Source: Pseudovirgaria hyperparasitica
Lineage: Eukaryota
Reading direction: 5' to 3' (one strand)
Length of the DNA: 64,000 nt
Assembly: GCA_010093815.1 (NCBI GenBank)
Contig: ML996572.1
Below are positions 24,864-37,189 of this stretch, piece after piece. How positions within the stretch are numbered: the first letter of the stretch is position 1; every line of letters starts with the position of its first letter. The notes under the pieces were generated by a model. It had not been told where the DNA came from. It made no database searches and worked only from the letters and a program-made list of their open reading frames with translations. A program made the position numbers and the translations under genes.

Positions 24864-26246
24864 ATGGCTTCTACTACGCGCTATAATACCCGTGGTACTA
24901 CCTTATATAAGAGACTCTCTCTAAATCTAAACGAAGAGAATAGTCTCCCTACGACCACCTCTACTAATAAGTATACTCTATAGACTATTATACTAATAAC
25001 TAGTACGGTATTCTATATAACTATAGAAGATTACCTAGATAATAAGGAAGGAGTCTATTATACTCTATTGCGGTCTAGTTTATACTATACTAGACCCATC
25101 CTTACTATAAGACTAGACCCTATTAACGTTAACGAATTAATTCATTAGAACTAACTAACGTTAACCACGCCTTACGACGACGTATATACTAAGCTATACA
25201 CGGAGAGGTAGCGTTAGGCTTAGCTTAAGTAGTAACTTCGCGAACTCGATAAAGCGCGAGGACAAACCGCTAGACTCGAAGCCGTACTACGCGCTTTAGT
25301 ACTAGTAGTAACTAACCTATACTAATATAGACTAACTTAAGCCGAAATAGTCTAACTAAGTCTACTACTATCCTAGTTACCTTAGCCTAAGAAACTATCT
25401 TACTTCGACGGTAAAACCAGGAGGAGCTTTTATAAATAGACTTACTAGTATAGCCGATTCTTCTACCTATTCATAAACGATAGTAATAAGATTAGGTTTA
25501 TATAGAACTACCTAGACCTAACGCTATCTAAACGTTAGATGGTATATCGAATTAAATACCCTAAGGATACGTATAACTAGGACACGTTTACTAAATTCCT
25601 TCTTTAATACTTCGGTAATAGAGCCGAGCGACGCGAATAGGCTTAGAGCTATATCTTTAAGACTTAATAGCGAGAGAGATAATCCCCGTTATAACTTCTT
25701 AAATACCTCCGACCTCTTTAGAGAGAAGCTAAGAAAGATTATATAGTTTAATAATACGACGACTTTAAAAGGTCCCTTAACCCGAGCGTAAAGGAATACA
25801 TCGACCTTATAACGTCTATCTCTACTAACCTTTAGGCACTCGCGAATCTCGTAGAACGATATTAGTATATAATGAATAACTAACGTCGTATAGGTATATA
25901 ACTATCTCTATTAATCTAATCCGATGCGAAATCGTCTAAAGAGGACCGGTTTAGTAATAGATCGCGCGGAATACCTCGTGGGTACTACCACTCTACGAAC
26001 TCGAGAAGACGAGACCCGTACCGCGGATCTTTCTACTAGTTAATATATTAAGACGCGAGAAACGACTCGTATAAACGACCTAAAGTTACCTACTATACCT
26101 ATGGTAGAATAGGCTATATAGTACCCGAGTACCGCTTAGGGAAACCACCGAATACTAATATAGATACTAAGTTAGTTATATACTATAAGTGCTAGTAGCT
26201 AGGACATATCGCGCCTAACTATCTAGTATATAATATAAAAAACTAA
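24864..26246 (+). pseudogene. gag: B1 gag
   Basis: ATG at 24864; de-RIPed knuckles CYTCGRIGHIVPEC (~26091) and CYKCQQLGHIAPNC (~26181); ends A-AAA-AAC-TAA. Confidence 0.8.
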
Positions 26247-29200
26247 CTATCTATAAGGAACCCTCGCGACTTATAGGCGTAACTAAAATAGAGGGATAAC
26301 TAGCTAACTAGTATATCGAACTATAGGCTAGGCCTATCAAGGTCCCTCGTGGATAATATTAGACCGTAATACTTAATAGCGGTTTAGCTACTAACGTTAT
26401 ATCAACTTAACGAGCACAAGAACTTAATATTAATATTTAAGTACTAATAGATACTACCTTCTATAGTATCGACAGTCCTATTAAATCATAGGGTACCTAT
26501 ACTATTAAATACAGTATCTAGGATAGCGGGGGGAAGTGGAAACCCTACTACTTAACCTTTATCGTGGTAGATAGTCCCTTTAACATGATCCTTAGTATAC
26601 TATAGCTCGAAAAATATAACCCGAAACTAGACTTTATCTAGAAAACAGCTGGCTAGCGCATATACCCACTATAATAGAACCTAGTATAGCTAGTCGACGA
26701 CGAATAATTCTAGAAGGACTATAAAAAGGTAATCTCCGCTATCTACGTCCTCTTACTTACTTAAAATAGAGAGCTTAGTATTAAAGTAGACGAAAACCTA
26801 CTATATTAGTATAAAATATACTAATATATCGCGTTAGCAATCAACTCGTCCGAATTACCTTAATACTAATCTACTAACCTTACTATTAACCTCGAAGACG
26901 GTTAATAACCCCTACACGGACCTATCTACCCTCTATTAGAACCCGAGCTATAGGTCCTCCGAGAATATATCGAAAAGAACCTTACGCGAGGATAGATTAG
27001 GCCTAGTATATCCCTAGCCGGAGCTCTAATCCTCTTTATAAAGAAGAAGGATAGAAGTCTCTATCTATATATCGACTACCGTAGCCTAAATAACATTACG
27101 CGAAAGAATCATTACCTACTACCTCTTATCTCCGAGTCTATTAATAGACTAGAGCGCGTGAAGATCTTTACTAAGCTCGATCTACGCGACGTCTACTACC
27201 GCCTATATATTAAGAAGGGCGATAAGTAGAAAACGGCGTTTAGGACCCGTTATAGATACTTTAAGTATATAGTAGTCCCTTCTAGACTAACTAACATACT
27301 AGGAACCTTCTAAGCGTATATTAATAACGCGCTAGTAGGTCTACTTAACACGACGTGCATCGTATACCTTAATAATATCCTTATCTTCTCTAATAATAAA
27401 GAAGAATATATCTAGCACGTACGCGTAGTCCTAGATAGGCTAGAAAAACATAAGCTATATATTAAGCTATCTAAATATAAGTTCCACTAGGACTATATTA
27501 ACTTCCTTGGCTTCGTTATTACTAATTAAGGTATAACTATAGAAAGGGATAGAGTTACTACTATTATAGACTAGCCTAAACCAAAATTAGTTCGAGATAT
27601 ACATGTCTTTATTAGATTCGCTAATTACTACCGAAAATTCGTTAAGCATTTCTTCCGGCTAGTAGTACTACTTAACGCGCGTACTACTACTATAGATTCG
27701 TCTATTACGGTCCACGGTAGATAGAAATAGCGTAATATTAAATTATAGTCTATAGAATTATTAGAAGGCGAAAGGGCCTCCTTCGAGAAAATCAAAGAGG
27801 CATTTATAACTACTCTATTACTAGTGCACTTCGACCTAACTAAACCTATCCGCGTTAAAACTAACGCGTTAGGATTTATAATCTTAGGTATTCTCTCCTA
27901 GCCTAGACTAACTAAGTCTAAAAAGGTCTAATAGTATCTAGTTACGTTCTTCTTACGCAAAATAGTCGATATTAAGACTAGATATACTATCTATAACCAA
28001 GAGCTACTAGTAATAGTAGAGTCGTTTAAATAGTGGCGATATTATCTTAAAGATACCATATATAACATCGAGTTACTAACTAATTACTATAACTTAAAGG
28101 GGTTTATAAGCACGACGGTTTTAAACCGTCAATAGGTCCGATAGACTAAGTAGCTTACAAACTTTTACTTTATAATCTACTATTAACCTAGAAGTATAAA
28201 CCTAGCTAATAGAATATTAAGAAGACCTAACTATAAAGAAGGCGCCTAGAATTATAGTAGCTATAGGGTTCTAGAGTAGCTATAGGCCTAACTCTTAAGG
28301 ACGAGGTTAGATTTTAAGTTATTAGGCGATTAGCGAGATGCTAACGTCGATGCTAGTAATCGAATCTCTAAGACTAAAGCTAGTAACTAAAGACGCGGTA
28401 CTAAAGTCCCTAGTAGGCCGTTTATTAGCGCTATCGGGAAGGGCGATAATGCCCGGCGTAAATATCTAATTAACCTTATCTAGTTAATCGTGGATCTATA
28501 GAAGATAGACCCGATAGTTTTAAAGTTACGTAAAATATAGTAAGATAGGTTATTACGGACTAAAGTAGACTATAAGTAGACCTTTATGGACGGCTTACTT
28601 TACTATAATAGAAAGTACTATATACTAATAGATAACACGCAATTTAACGTAGTTAGCCGATACTATAACGCTAACCTAGTAGGATACTTTGGGTATATAC
28701 GTACCCTAAGCTTAATTCGTTAGTACTATTTTTAGGAAGATATACCTAAGTACGTTAAAGAATAGATAGCTACTTATCCGATTTATTAAAGAACGAAGGC
28801 CCCTAGGCATAAGCTATATAGGAATTTATAGCCTCTTTTAGCCCCCCTCTTTATATAGGAAGACATTACTATAGACTTTATAGTTAACTTATCTCTAAGC
28901 GAGATACTTAGAATAAGTTATAATTCTATTCTTATTATCGTGGATAGACTTATAAAGATGTCTAGGTACATCCCGGTATAGAAGACGATTATATCTAAAG
29001 AACTAGCGTAGGTGTTCTAGAACGAGATTATTAAGGTCTATAGTATACTAAAAAGGATCGTTATAGACCGAGGAAGTACCTTCACGTCTAAATTCTAGAC
29101 GTTAACCTAAAAAATAGTAAGTATAAATAGAAACATGTCTATAGTATTTTATCCTTAGACGGATAGCTAGATAGAGCGATAGAACTAGACGCTTAAGGCC

Positions 29201-30060
29201 TACCTACGCGCATTCTATAATTTCGAGTAGGATAACTAGGCCTCCCTACTAAGCATAGTAGAGTTCGTATATAATAATAGTCGTTATAGTACGATAGATA
29301 TTATACCTTTCTAGGCGAACCTCGGACGTAGTCTAAGGATAGGTTTTAAGCCTTAGACGGTCTAATTTAATCGAATAATAGACGTGAACGTCCACGCTTA
29401 GAAATTAGTAATTAAAATCTTTAAAACCGTACGTAACTATCGCGCTATAATCTAATAAGTAAATAACTCGTATATAAAGTACTATAATAGATTAGCTAAG
29501 GATTAGACGTACGAGGAGGGCGATAAGGTCCTTCTTAACGTCTATAATATATGAATATCATAAGTAAATAAGAAGCTCGATTATAAAATAGCTAGTCCCT
29601 TCCGAATTAAACGTCGTATTAGTATAAGAGTCTATAAGCTTAACTTAGAAAGTAATATAAGAATCTATAACGTGTTCCACGTCTTACTACTCGAAAGATT
29701 TTAACCTAACATGTATGGCCGTATGAACGTGTAGTTACACTCTATTATACTCTAAGATAGACTAGACGTATTCGAAGTAGACTATATTATCGAATATAGG
29801 ATTAATAAAGACGGTGTTTAGAAATATAGAATCCGTTAGACGGACTATACTAAGGACGAGGACACCTAGGAACTAGTAGTATATATCTTAAGTTCTATAA
29901 TGGCTGCGTATAAGTAAAAGATATAGAATAGCGTATTATTAATGTAAGTATAGTAACGTCGCGGTCGTTGTAAAAAGAAGAAGGATACTATAGAGAACGA
30001 AGTACTAAACTAGGAAATCTAGACGCGCACTAGGAAAACTCTATATAGTAGCCCTATAAT
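26237..30060 (+). pseudogene. pol: B1 pol
   Basis: RT motifs [22 protein letters not shown] and YLNN (RIPed YLDD, ~27365); integrase; chromodomain. Ends approximate. Confidence 0.88.
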
Positions 30061-30551
30061 TTAAGTATTATACGGTTACTAGACGCAAAGAAAGCGTAAA
30101 TAACTATTTTAGAAACGCGACGCGACACACTATAATAGAATAACATAGAAGAGTCTAGAATGGACTAATATAGACTATTATACACGAGAAAAACATAGGA
30201 CTAAGAACCTAAAAAAAGGTACCCTACTATAGAATTAAACTCTTAATACGAAATATAAAAGGTTAGAGTACCCGAACTAATAACTACTAGGCCACTAGTT
30301 CGGGTACTCTAATGGAATTCATAGAGATAAACTAATTTATATATGGTGCCTATACTTAGGTAACTTAAGGAAAATCAGAATATAGAAACCGATAGTTATA
30401 AGCTAAGTAAGCGTATATATAATATCATTAAGTTAAGAATTAAATTACTAGAAACTAGCTAATAGGTATCTAAATGGTCTAAAAAGGACTAAAATAGATA
30501 AAAGCCAGGTAAATAGAGCCGGCGTACACCACCTATAGTAGATCTAGAATA

Positions 30552-30640
30552 TATAGAGCTAGATATAGAGCTAATATATAGAGCTAGACCATAGAGCTAA
30601 TATATAGAGCTAAACCCATAGAGCTAGAACCATAGAGCTA
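30552..30640. repeat. Tandem ~13-bp ATAGAGCTA-core repeat, 7 units in B1 (4 in B2 at 39217-39265)
   Basis: gagct cores at 30556, 30568, 30581, 30594, 30607, 30621 and 30635. Confidence 0.85.
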
Positions 30641-31950
30641 CTCCTCTATCTTATTATCCGTCCTAACCTCTAGCATAGTCCTCTCTAACCGCACGATATA
30701 GCGGCGGAGGATAACGACCTTAGTCTCTAGAGTAATAACCTAATCCGTTAGAGTCTAGAGGGAAGAGCCTTAAGCGCCGGAGCGTAGCGACTAGGTCTAA
30801 AGTTAGCTAATATAATCTAGAATAATCTAGAAGGGAATATATACCCTCTTATAAGGCGACTTAGAGGGAGAAATAGTAGACCTCTTATAAGATCTATTAG
30901 TAGCGCGAGACGGATAGGGGGGGATAGAGCGAATCCTCTCTATAGCCTCTATGGCTAGAATAGACTCTCTAGAATAGGTAGTCTAGGCGCTAGGGATCTC
31001 GCGGCGGCTAGAAAAATTAATAGGTATTAAAAATAATTAACGTGCTTATAACTTATACTTTAATAACCTCTAGGAAGAGCTTATAGCGCTCCCTAAACTC
31101 CCTCTATATAGTAGGTAGGCGGCTATAAGGACCCCTAAGGGTCTCGCGGACGCGAAGGTCGTTATATATATCTTATATATATATAGGAACCTAAGAATAT
31201 ATTAGCGCGGACTACTTTAGATTATACTAGATTAAGATAGCCTATTATACTTACCTATAGATAAGTCTTACTAGTTACGGTATAGTGGCGGTAGCGGGTA
31301 GATAGAGTAAAGATAGGGCGTATAGGCCCGTCGCAGTTAGTAGAGTAGTAGCTAATACTAGAGTTAGAGCGAAAGAGATATTTAGAGCCGGCCGTATAGC
31401 CCTTAATATACTTATAGTATATTAAACTATAGTTCGCTGTTTTCCTATAGCGTAAACCGTAACTACGTTTAGTATCCTCGGCGACCTAGGCCTTATTATT
31501 AGTAGGCTAGGGTTTAGAGCGAATATTAAGGTCCTAAAAGAACCTAGAGTAACTAAATTAGTCTATGTTAGACCGGAAGGAAGAGCGGCGAGACGGCGGC
31601 GTAGGTAAGTATAAGGGCTCGCGATTATCATCTATAATAAGATCTTCTTTATCCTCTAGAGGAGGTAGAGTAGGCGGTATACGCTTTAGAGCGAGAGGGG
31701 AACCTATAACCACTTTATCTATAAGTTTAGTACTAGGATTACCTAGATTAGAGTAACTAGTAGCTATATTAGTGGTAGAGGCAGTAGTAGTAGTAGCCCT
31801 AACTACTCTCTTCTCCGACTTAGAGCGTGCCTTCATACTACTATAATAGGTAGACTTCTTAGCCGGCGTAGCCGGGGAGAAGGTAATATCTTTAGAGCGA
31901 GTCTTATAAGAGGAGGAGGTAGGCTTAGAGATAGGACTAGTATTAGATAT
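30638..31950 (-). pseudogene. Antisense accessory gene of Gypsy family B, copy in B1
   Basis: Includes ORF 31558-31836; canonical intron 31191-31254 (GTAAGT...GCTAAT...TTAG on minus); colinear with the B2 copy. Confidence 0.78.
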
Positions 31951-34900
31951 CTATATATATACGTTAGCTAGAGATCTAAGGAAGGAATATTCGTCTACCC
32001 TTAACGGCGATTAACGAAGCTAAATTAGTAACTATAATAACGCGAATAGGTTATATTAGACCGGTTCTAATAAGAATAGACTACTATAGACCCTTCTAAA
32101 CCTAAACTAGAGAAGATAGTATATAAATTAACGACTTACCTTAAGAGCGAGGTAGATATACTAGAGAATAAAATTAAAGGCGAGTGAAGCTAAATATATA
32201 CTCGACTAAAGTAGCGATTACGTGTTCTAGGTAGTAGCTATAAAGTAAGGGATGAGCGCGTGTATAAACTAGTAAAAGTAAACTAGAATCTCGAGTTTAC
32301 CTATATTAAGGATAGTTATAACGTTATAGGAACTTAGTTATAGATATATAGATATACGATAGATTATAGAGACTTAGAATTATATATACTTAAGTGCTTT
32401 AGGGCGAAGCATAAAAAGAAGAAGGATATTATTAGGACGGGAACTATAATAGACCTATATAGACTATTCTAATCTATGTAGCCACGTAGTGGCTAGAGCT
32501 AGGTTAAGTTAGCTAAGTTAAGCGAGGTTACTATATAAGTGGACCGTATAAACCGATTCCTACTCGTTAGGAATTAACCTTGTATAAGAGTAAGATTACT
32601 CTATAAATACATTCCTATGTCTCTCTATAAACTGTTAGACTACTATCCCACGTCTTTACTCTTTATAGACCCTCCTTTATATATTCTAGGACCTTATCCG
32701 GAACCTAAGAGGAATTACAGAGGAAGAAAGGAAGTCGCCACGAGAGGAACCTAGTAGTAGGCTCGACCGAATAGAAGCTAGCCTACGGAGAATCTAGGAA
32801 GAGCTATCCTAAGGTAAGCGCCCTAATACGTAGGCTTAGATTATAGTAATACCCGGAGCCACCGTACTAAGAACTACTAGAACCATAGATAGAGTATATA
32901 GTATACGTATTGTAATCTAGGATAAGGACACGCTAGCATAGGTCTAATAGGCATCCCTAAAGGAAATTATAAATAAGATTAACGAATAGAAAGGAATGTA
33001 GTTAAGTATCATGGCTACTAAAGTTACGCTAGATAGGGTAGTACTTACTACTATAACGAATACTACGTAGTAAAACATCTCGCGAGATCCGAACGCGATA
33101 GATAGTATCTTCCCTAGCGCGTCTATTAGGGTAGCTATATACCCGATTATAGTATACGTAGTACCTATGCGGGGATAGGCTATTAGAGCGGAGGATATTA
33201 CGCGTATAGAATAATCCAACACGTGAAAATACCTAGGGATTAAGATTGTAAAAGCGTGGTAGAAGAACCTATAGGCGATTAAGAGGACGGCGAAAAAACA
33301 CTCTACTATAATTATAGAGCTCTAAGACCCCGCCCTTATATAATATATTATATAGAAGGGATTCCTAATAGAAGGAGAGCTTCTTATAGCCGAGCCATGG
33401 GATAGAGCATAGGTAATAATATAGTGCTTTAACTGTTAAGGGTATAGACATACTATATAAAGGTACTTATAGAAGACTAAGTGCGGATAGTACCGTGGGG
33501 ACCACGCTATCTAAGAGTACTCTTATAAACCGCGAGGAGACGGACTAAGAAATAGGGATATAGTATAGTATTTAAACTACGACGGGAAACACCCGTCGTA
33601 GTCGTTAACGTGTATAAAACGTAAATAGGTTATAGAATATATTCGCACGATAAAAGCGAGAGGCGCGAGATAGTTATAGAATATAACATCTACCACGAGC
33701 CCTTCCTTTATAATACCCCTAACCTCCCCTCTAGAAGGTAGTTAGGTGGGATAGTAGACTATCCCGAAGACGATAGGACGACTAAAAGATATAGTTAAAG
33801 CCGCTACCGCGCGAGGATAGTCGCGCCTCTAAGGAATAAGTATATAGGTATATATACTCTCTAGTATCTAATAAGGGACTAGAATATACTCCGAATTATA
33901 TAGGTAAACATATAATATAAAAGAGAGAACTAGGCGACGCTCCTCGAAGAGACCGGGGCTATAATACTCGCTATCTAGGAACCCTATAAATACTACTAGA
34001 CGAGTAAACCAACCATATACCCCGGATACCATACTATATACCCTCTAGGACTAGAAAGACGAGTCCTCTTCCACATTTATAGGTTAATACTACTCTTATT
34101 ATAGTCGTATACTAAGCGCGATAACCTTAGGATAATACTACACCTATAAATAGATATAGGCCCCCTATATATATATAATATATATAACTAATAACGTATA
34201 CTTATACTAGACGAGATGCTCGAGGGTACTACGGAACTAGGGTAACACATCCTTCTAGGAGACTTTAACCTCTACTACTAATAGTAGAGAGGCCTAGCCG
34301 TGGTTAGGGAAGAACTTAGAGTAAGGGAACTACGCACCCGCTACCACGACTTCCTATACCTACTTACACCTATAGAATAAGTTATATAGAAAAAACATAA
34401 ATAGAACAAAGACGGGTCCACGCTTAACCTTACCTTCGCTACGGAGTATATTAGTTACCGGATCTAATACTACCGCCTAGGCTAGGTATAGACGGATTCC
34501 GACTATAAATATATAGAAACTATAATAAACGTGTATACCCCGAATAAATAACGGGGACGATGGATATAGAAGGATACTAACTAGGAAAAGTACCTGAAGA
34601 ACCTAGAATCAGCGATCCTAGATCCCTCTATAGTCGATATATCTAATAACCTAGCTATAGACCAGGCCGTATAGATACTCCTATAAATATACTAGAATAC
34701 GAGAAATAAACACGTACTATACCGAATATACCGGCCCCCGGAAGTAAAGGGGATTCCTTAAGTACGGGAAAGTAGATAAGACGCCCGAAGACTATATAGA
34801 CGTATATACCGTATAAGAATACCCGAGTTATAGGAAGAATAGAAGGAAGCGATATGATAACGCGATAAAGTCCTCTATAATAAAAGGCGTAAATAGTAGC

Positions 34901-37189
34901 GTATAATTACTAGTTAATAGATATAATATGTAATAGGGCTATGGCGTATGGCGAAATGGGCTAAGGGTATAGATACTCCGATACCCCCGCTACTTATACC
35001 TCCCCTAATATATTAGGGGAGAACATACTCCACGGGCCTTAAGAAAACTAAGGCCCTATAGGAGGCTATATTCCCTCTCCCGGAACTAGTAGACCTATTA
35101 GACGTTTACGGCGCTAAATATCTACACGCGGTAGACATCCCCGAAGAAGTTACGGAGGAGGATATACTTAATATTATTAAGACACTCCTAAATGATAAAG
35201 CACCCGGACTAGATGGAATTCTAAATTAATACCTAAAAAGTACTATAAAAGTAACCCTACCACTTATTACTCGTATATTCTAAGCATGCGTCACGTAGGG
35301 GTACCACCCCTAGAGCTTCCGAGTCGCCTATACTATTATACTCCCGAAACTAGAAAAGAGCCCTAACTCCCTAAAGGAATAGAGACTAATCGCCCTTCTC
35401 TTCTACCTAGGTAAGATACTAGAGGCTATAATAGCGAAGAAGATAAGTACCGCGGTATAGGAATATAATCTCCTCCCTCCGAACCAGAAGGTAAAGATAG
35501 ATAGCTCCCTAATAATAGCTATCTAATATATTATTAAAGTCGTCTAGGCCGTATAGAAATAGAGACGGGTAGTATCGCTCCTCTCCCTCGATATGGCCGG
35601 AGCGTTTAATAAGATAAACTATATAAGACTTATTTATAACCTCCGGATAAGACGAATACTAGAATGGATTACACGCTTTATATAGTTATTCCTTATAGGA
35701 AGAATAACTTAGATACATATCCCTAGATACTAGAGCGAATATAAAGAGACGGTATACGGCATCCTATAAGGGAGTACTATCTCTCTAATTCTATTCCTCT
35801 TCTTTACGGTAGACCTTCTTTAAGAAATGAAGTATATAGAGGTAGTCGGATACGCCGATAATATATACCTTCTAGCCATTAATAATAATACTAACCGAAC
35901 GTATAGACGACTAGAATAGGACTATAAGAGGTGCCTCTAGTAGGTAAAACGCCACGGAGTAAAGTTCGCCCTAGAGAAATACTAGCTCATGCACTTTATT
36001 AATCGTTAAGGGAAATAGGTAACTAGGGAAGGCGAACAACGCCCCTAAATCGACGTATTTAACGAACTACTAGTATAAAGCATACGCGCGCTCGGAGTTA
36101 TACTAGATGGTAAGCTTAAATAGGGACCATAAGTGGTATACGCCGTCTCTAGGGCCCTCTAGGTAGAAGCCACTATATAATGGATTATAGCCTCCACGTA
36201 GGGAACCGCCTAGAATAAGGCACGCTAGCTATATATATCTATAGTACGACCCGCCTTTACGTACGGACACGAGTACTAGTATACGGCCCTTATATAGACT
36301 AGGTAAATAAAGCTCGAATCCATATAGAACCGTATACTCCGTCTTATATTAGGCGTATATAAAGCTACTAATACGGTGCTACTACGACACGAGATAGACG
36401 TCCTAAGTATATATAACTTCTACTAGATATAGAGGGTAGTATACTTTACTAAATAATAAGTATAGGAACGCATAGGAAATGTAGAATATACTTTCGCCGC
36501 GATATGTATATAAATTAGTATATATTACCGCGCACTCCTATATATAGGCCGGAATCGAATATGGTATAGGTGCTTAATAGAAGCCGACTCTAGCTAAGTA
36601 GTATAAGAAGTCCGAGATAACCCGGACGCTCTTCTAGACCGGTAGAGCCTTTAAGAACTTATAAAAAATATATAGTCGTGGACTTAAGATAAGTAGAAAG
36701 AGGCACTCCGTACCTACTAGACCTTCTAGTAGAATAGGTATCTAGAGTAGATTCGAGGGCTATAGAAGGAACCGAGTAAATAGATATATAAAGGGCTAAT
36801 GAAAGCCTAAGTATCTATACTTATCTAAGCCCGAACGGGCGCTATGGAACTTCTATACTATATCTATAAGAGAGGCGTTCCCGATACCTCTCTATAGTAT
36901 AAGGCGTACGGCCGGAGAGGTATAATACGCTACTATCTAGCTATATACCCTAACCTCTATATATAACGGTAATAGCTTATCTACGTTACGAAGACTTTAG
37001 ATGTCGTATAATAGCTTAATAAGTACCCTAAGAACGTCTCCCGATAGATGCTTATATATCTACTACTCCTCTAGTACTAGTAGACCCGGAAATATATACT
37101 AGAAGAGACCCGGTATACGCCGGTAGTAACCCGATATATACCGGAAGAACCCCGGGAGAACCCCGATTATTAGTTAAGGGCAGCCCTTA

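Larger units (their letters stand above)
24585..32667 (+). mobile_element. Gypsy chromovirus copy B1, full length, inserted in L3 ORF1
   Basis: 238-bp LTRs at 24585-24822 and 32430-32667; TSD GACCC at 24580-24584 and 32668-32672; PPT aaaaagaagaaggat; gag with two CCHC knuckles, RT, RH, IN and chromodomain (~29765-29890). Confidence 0.97.
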
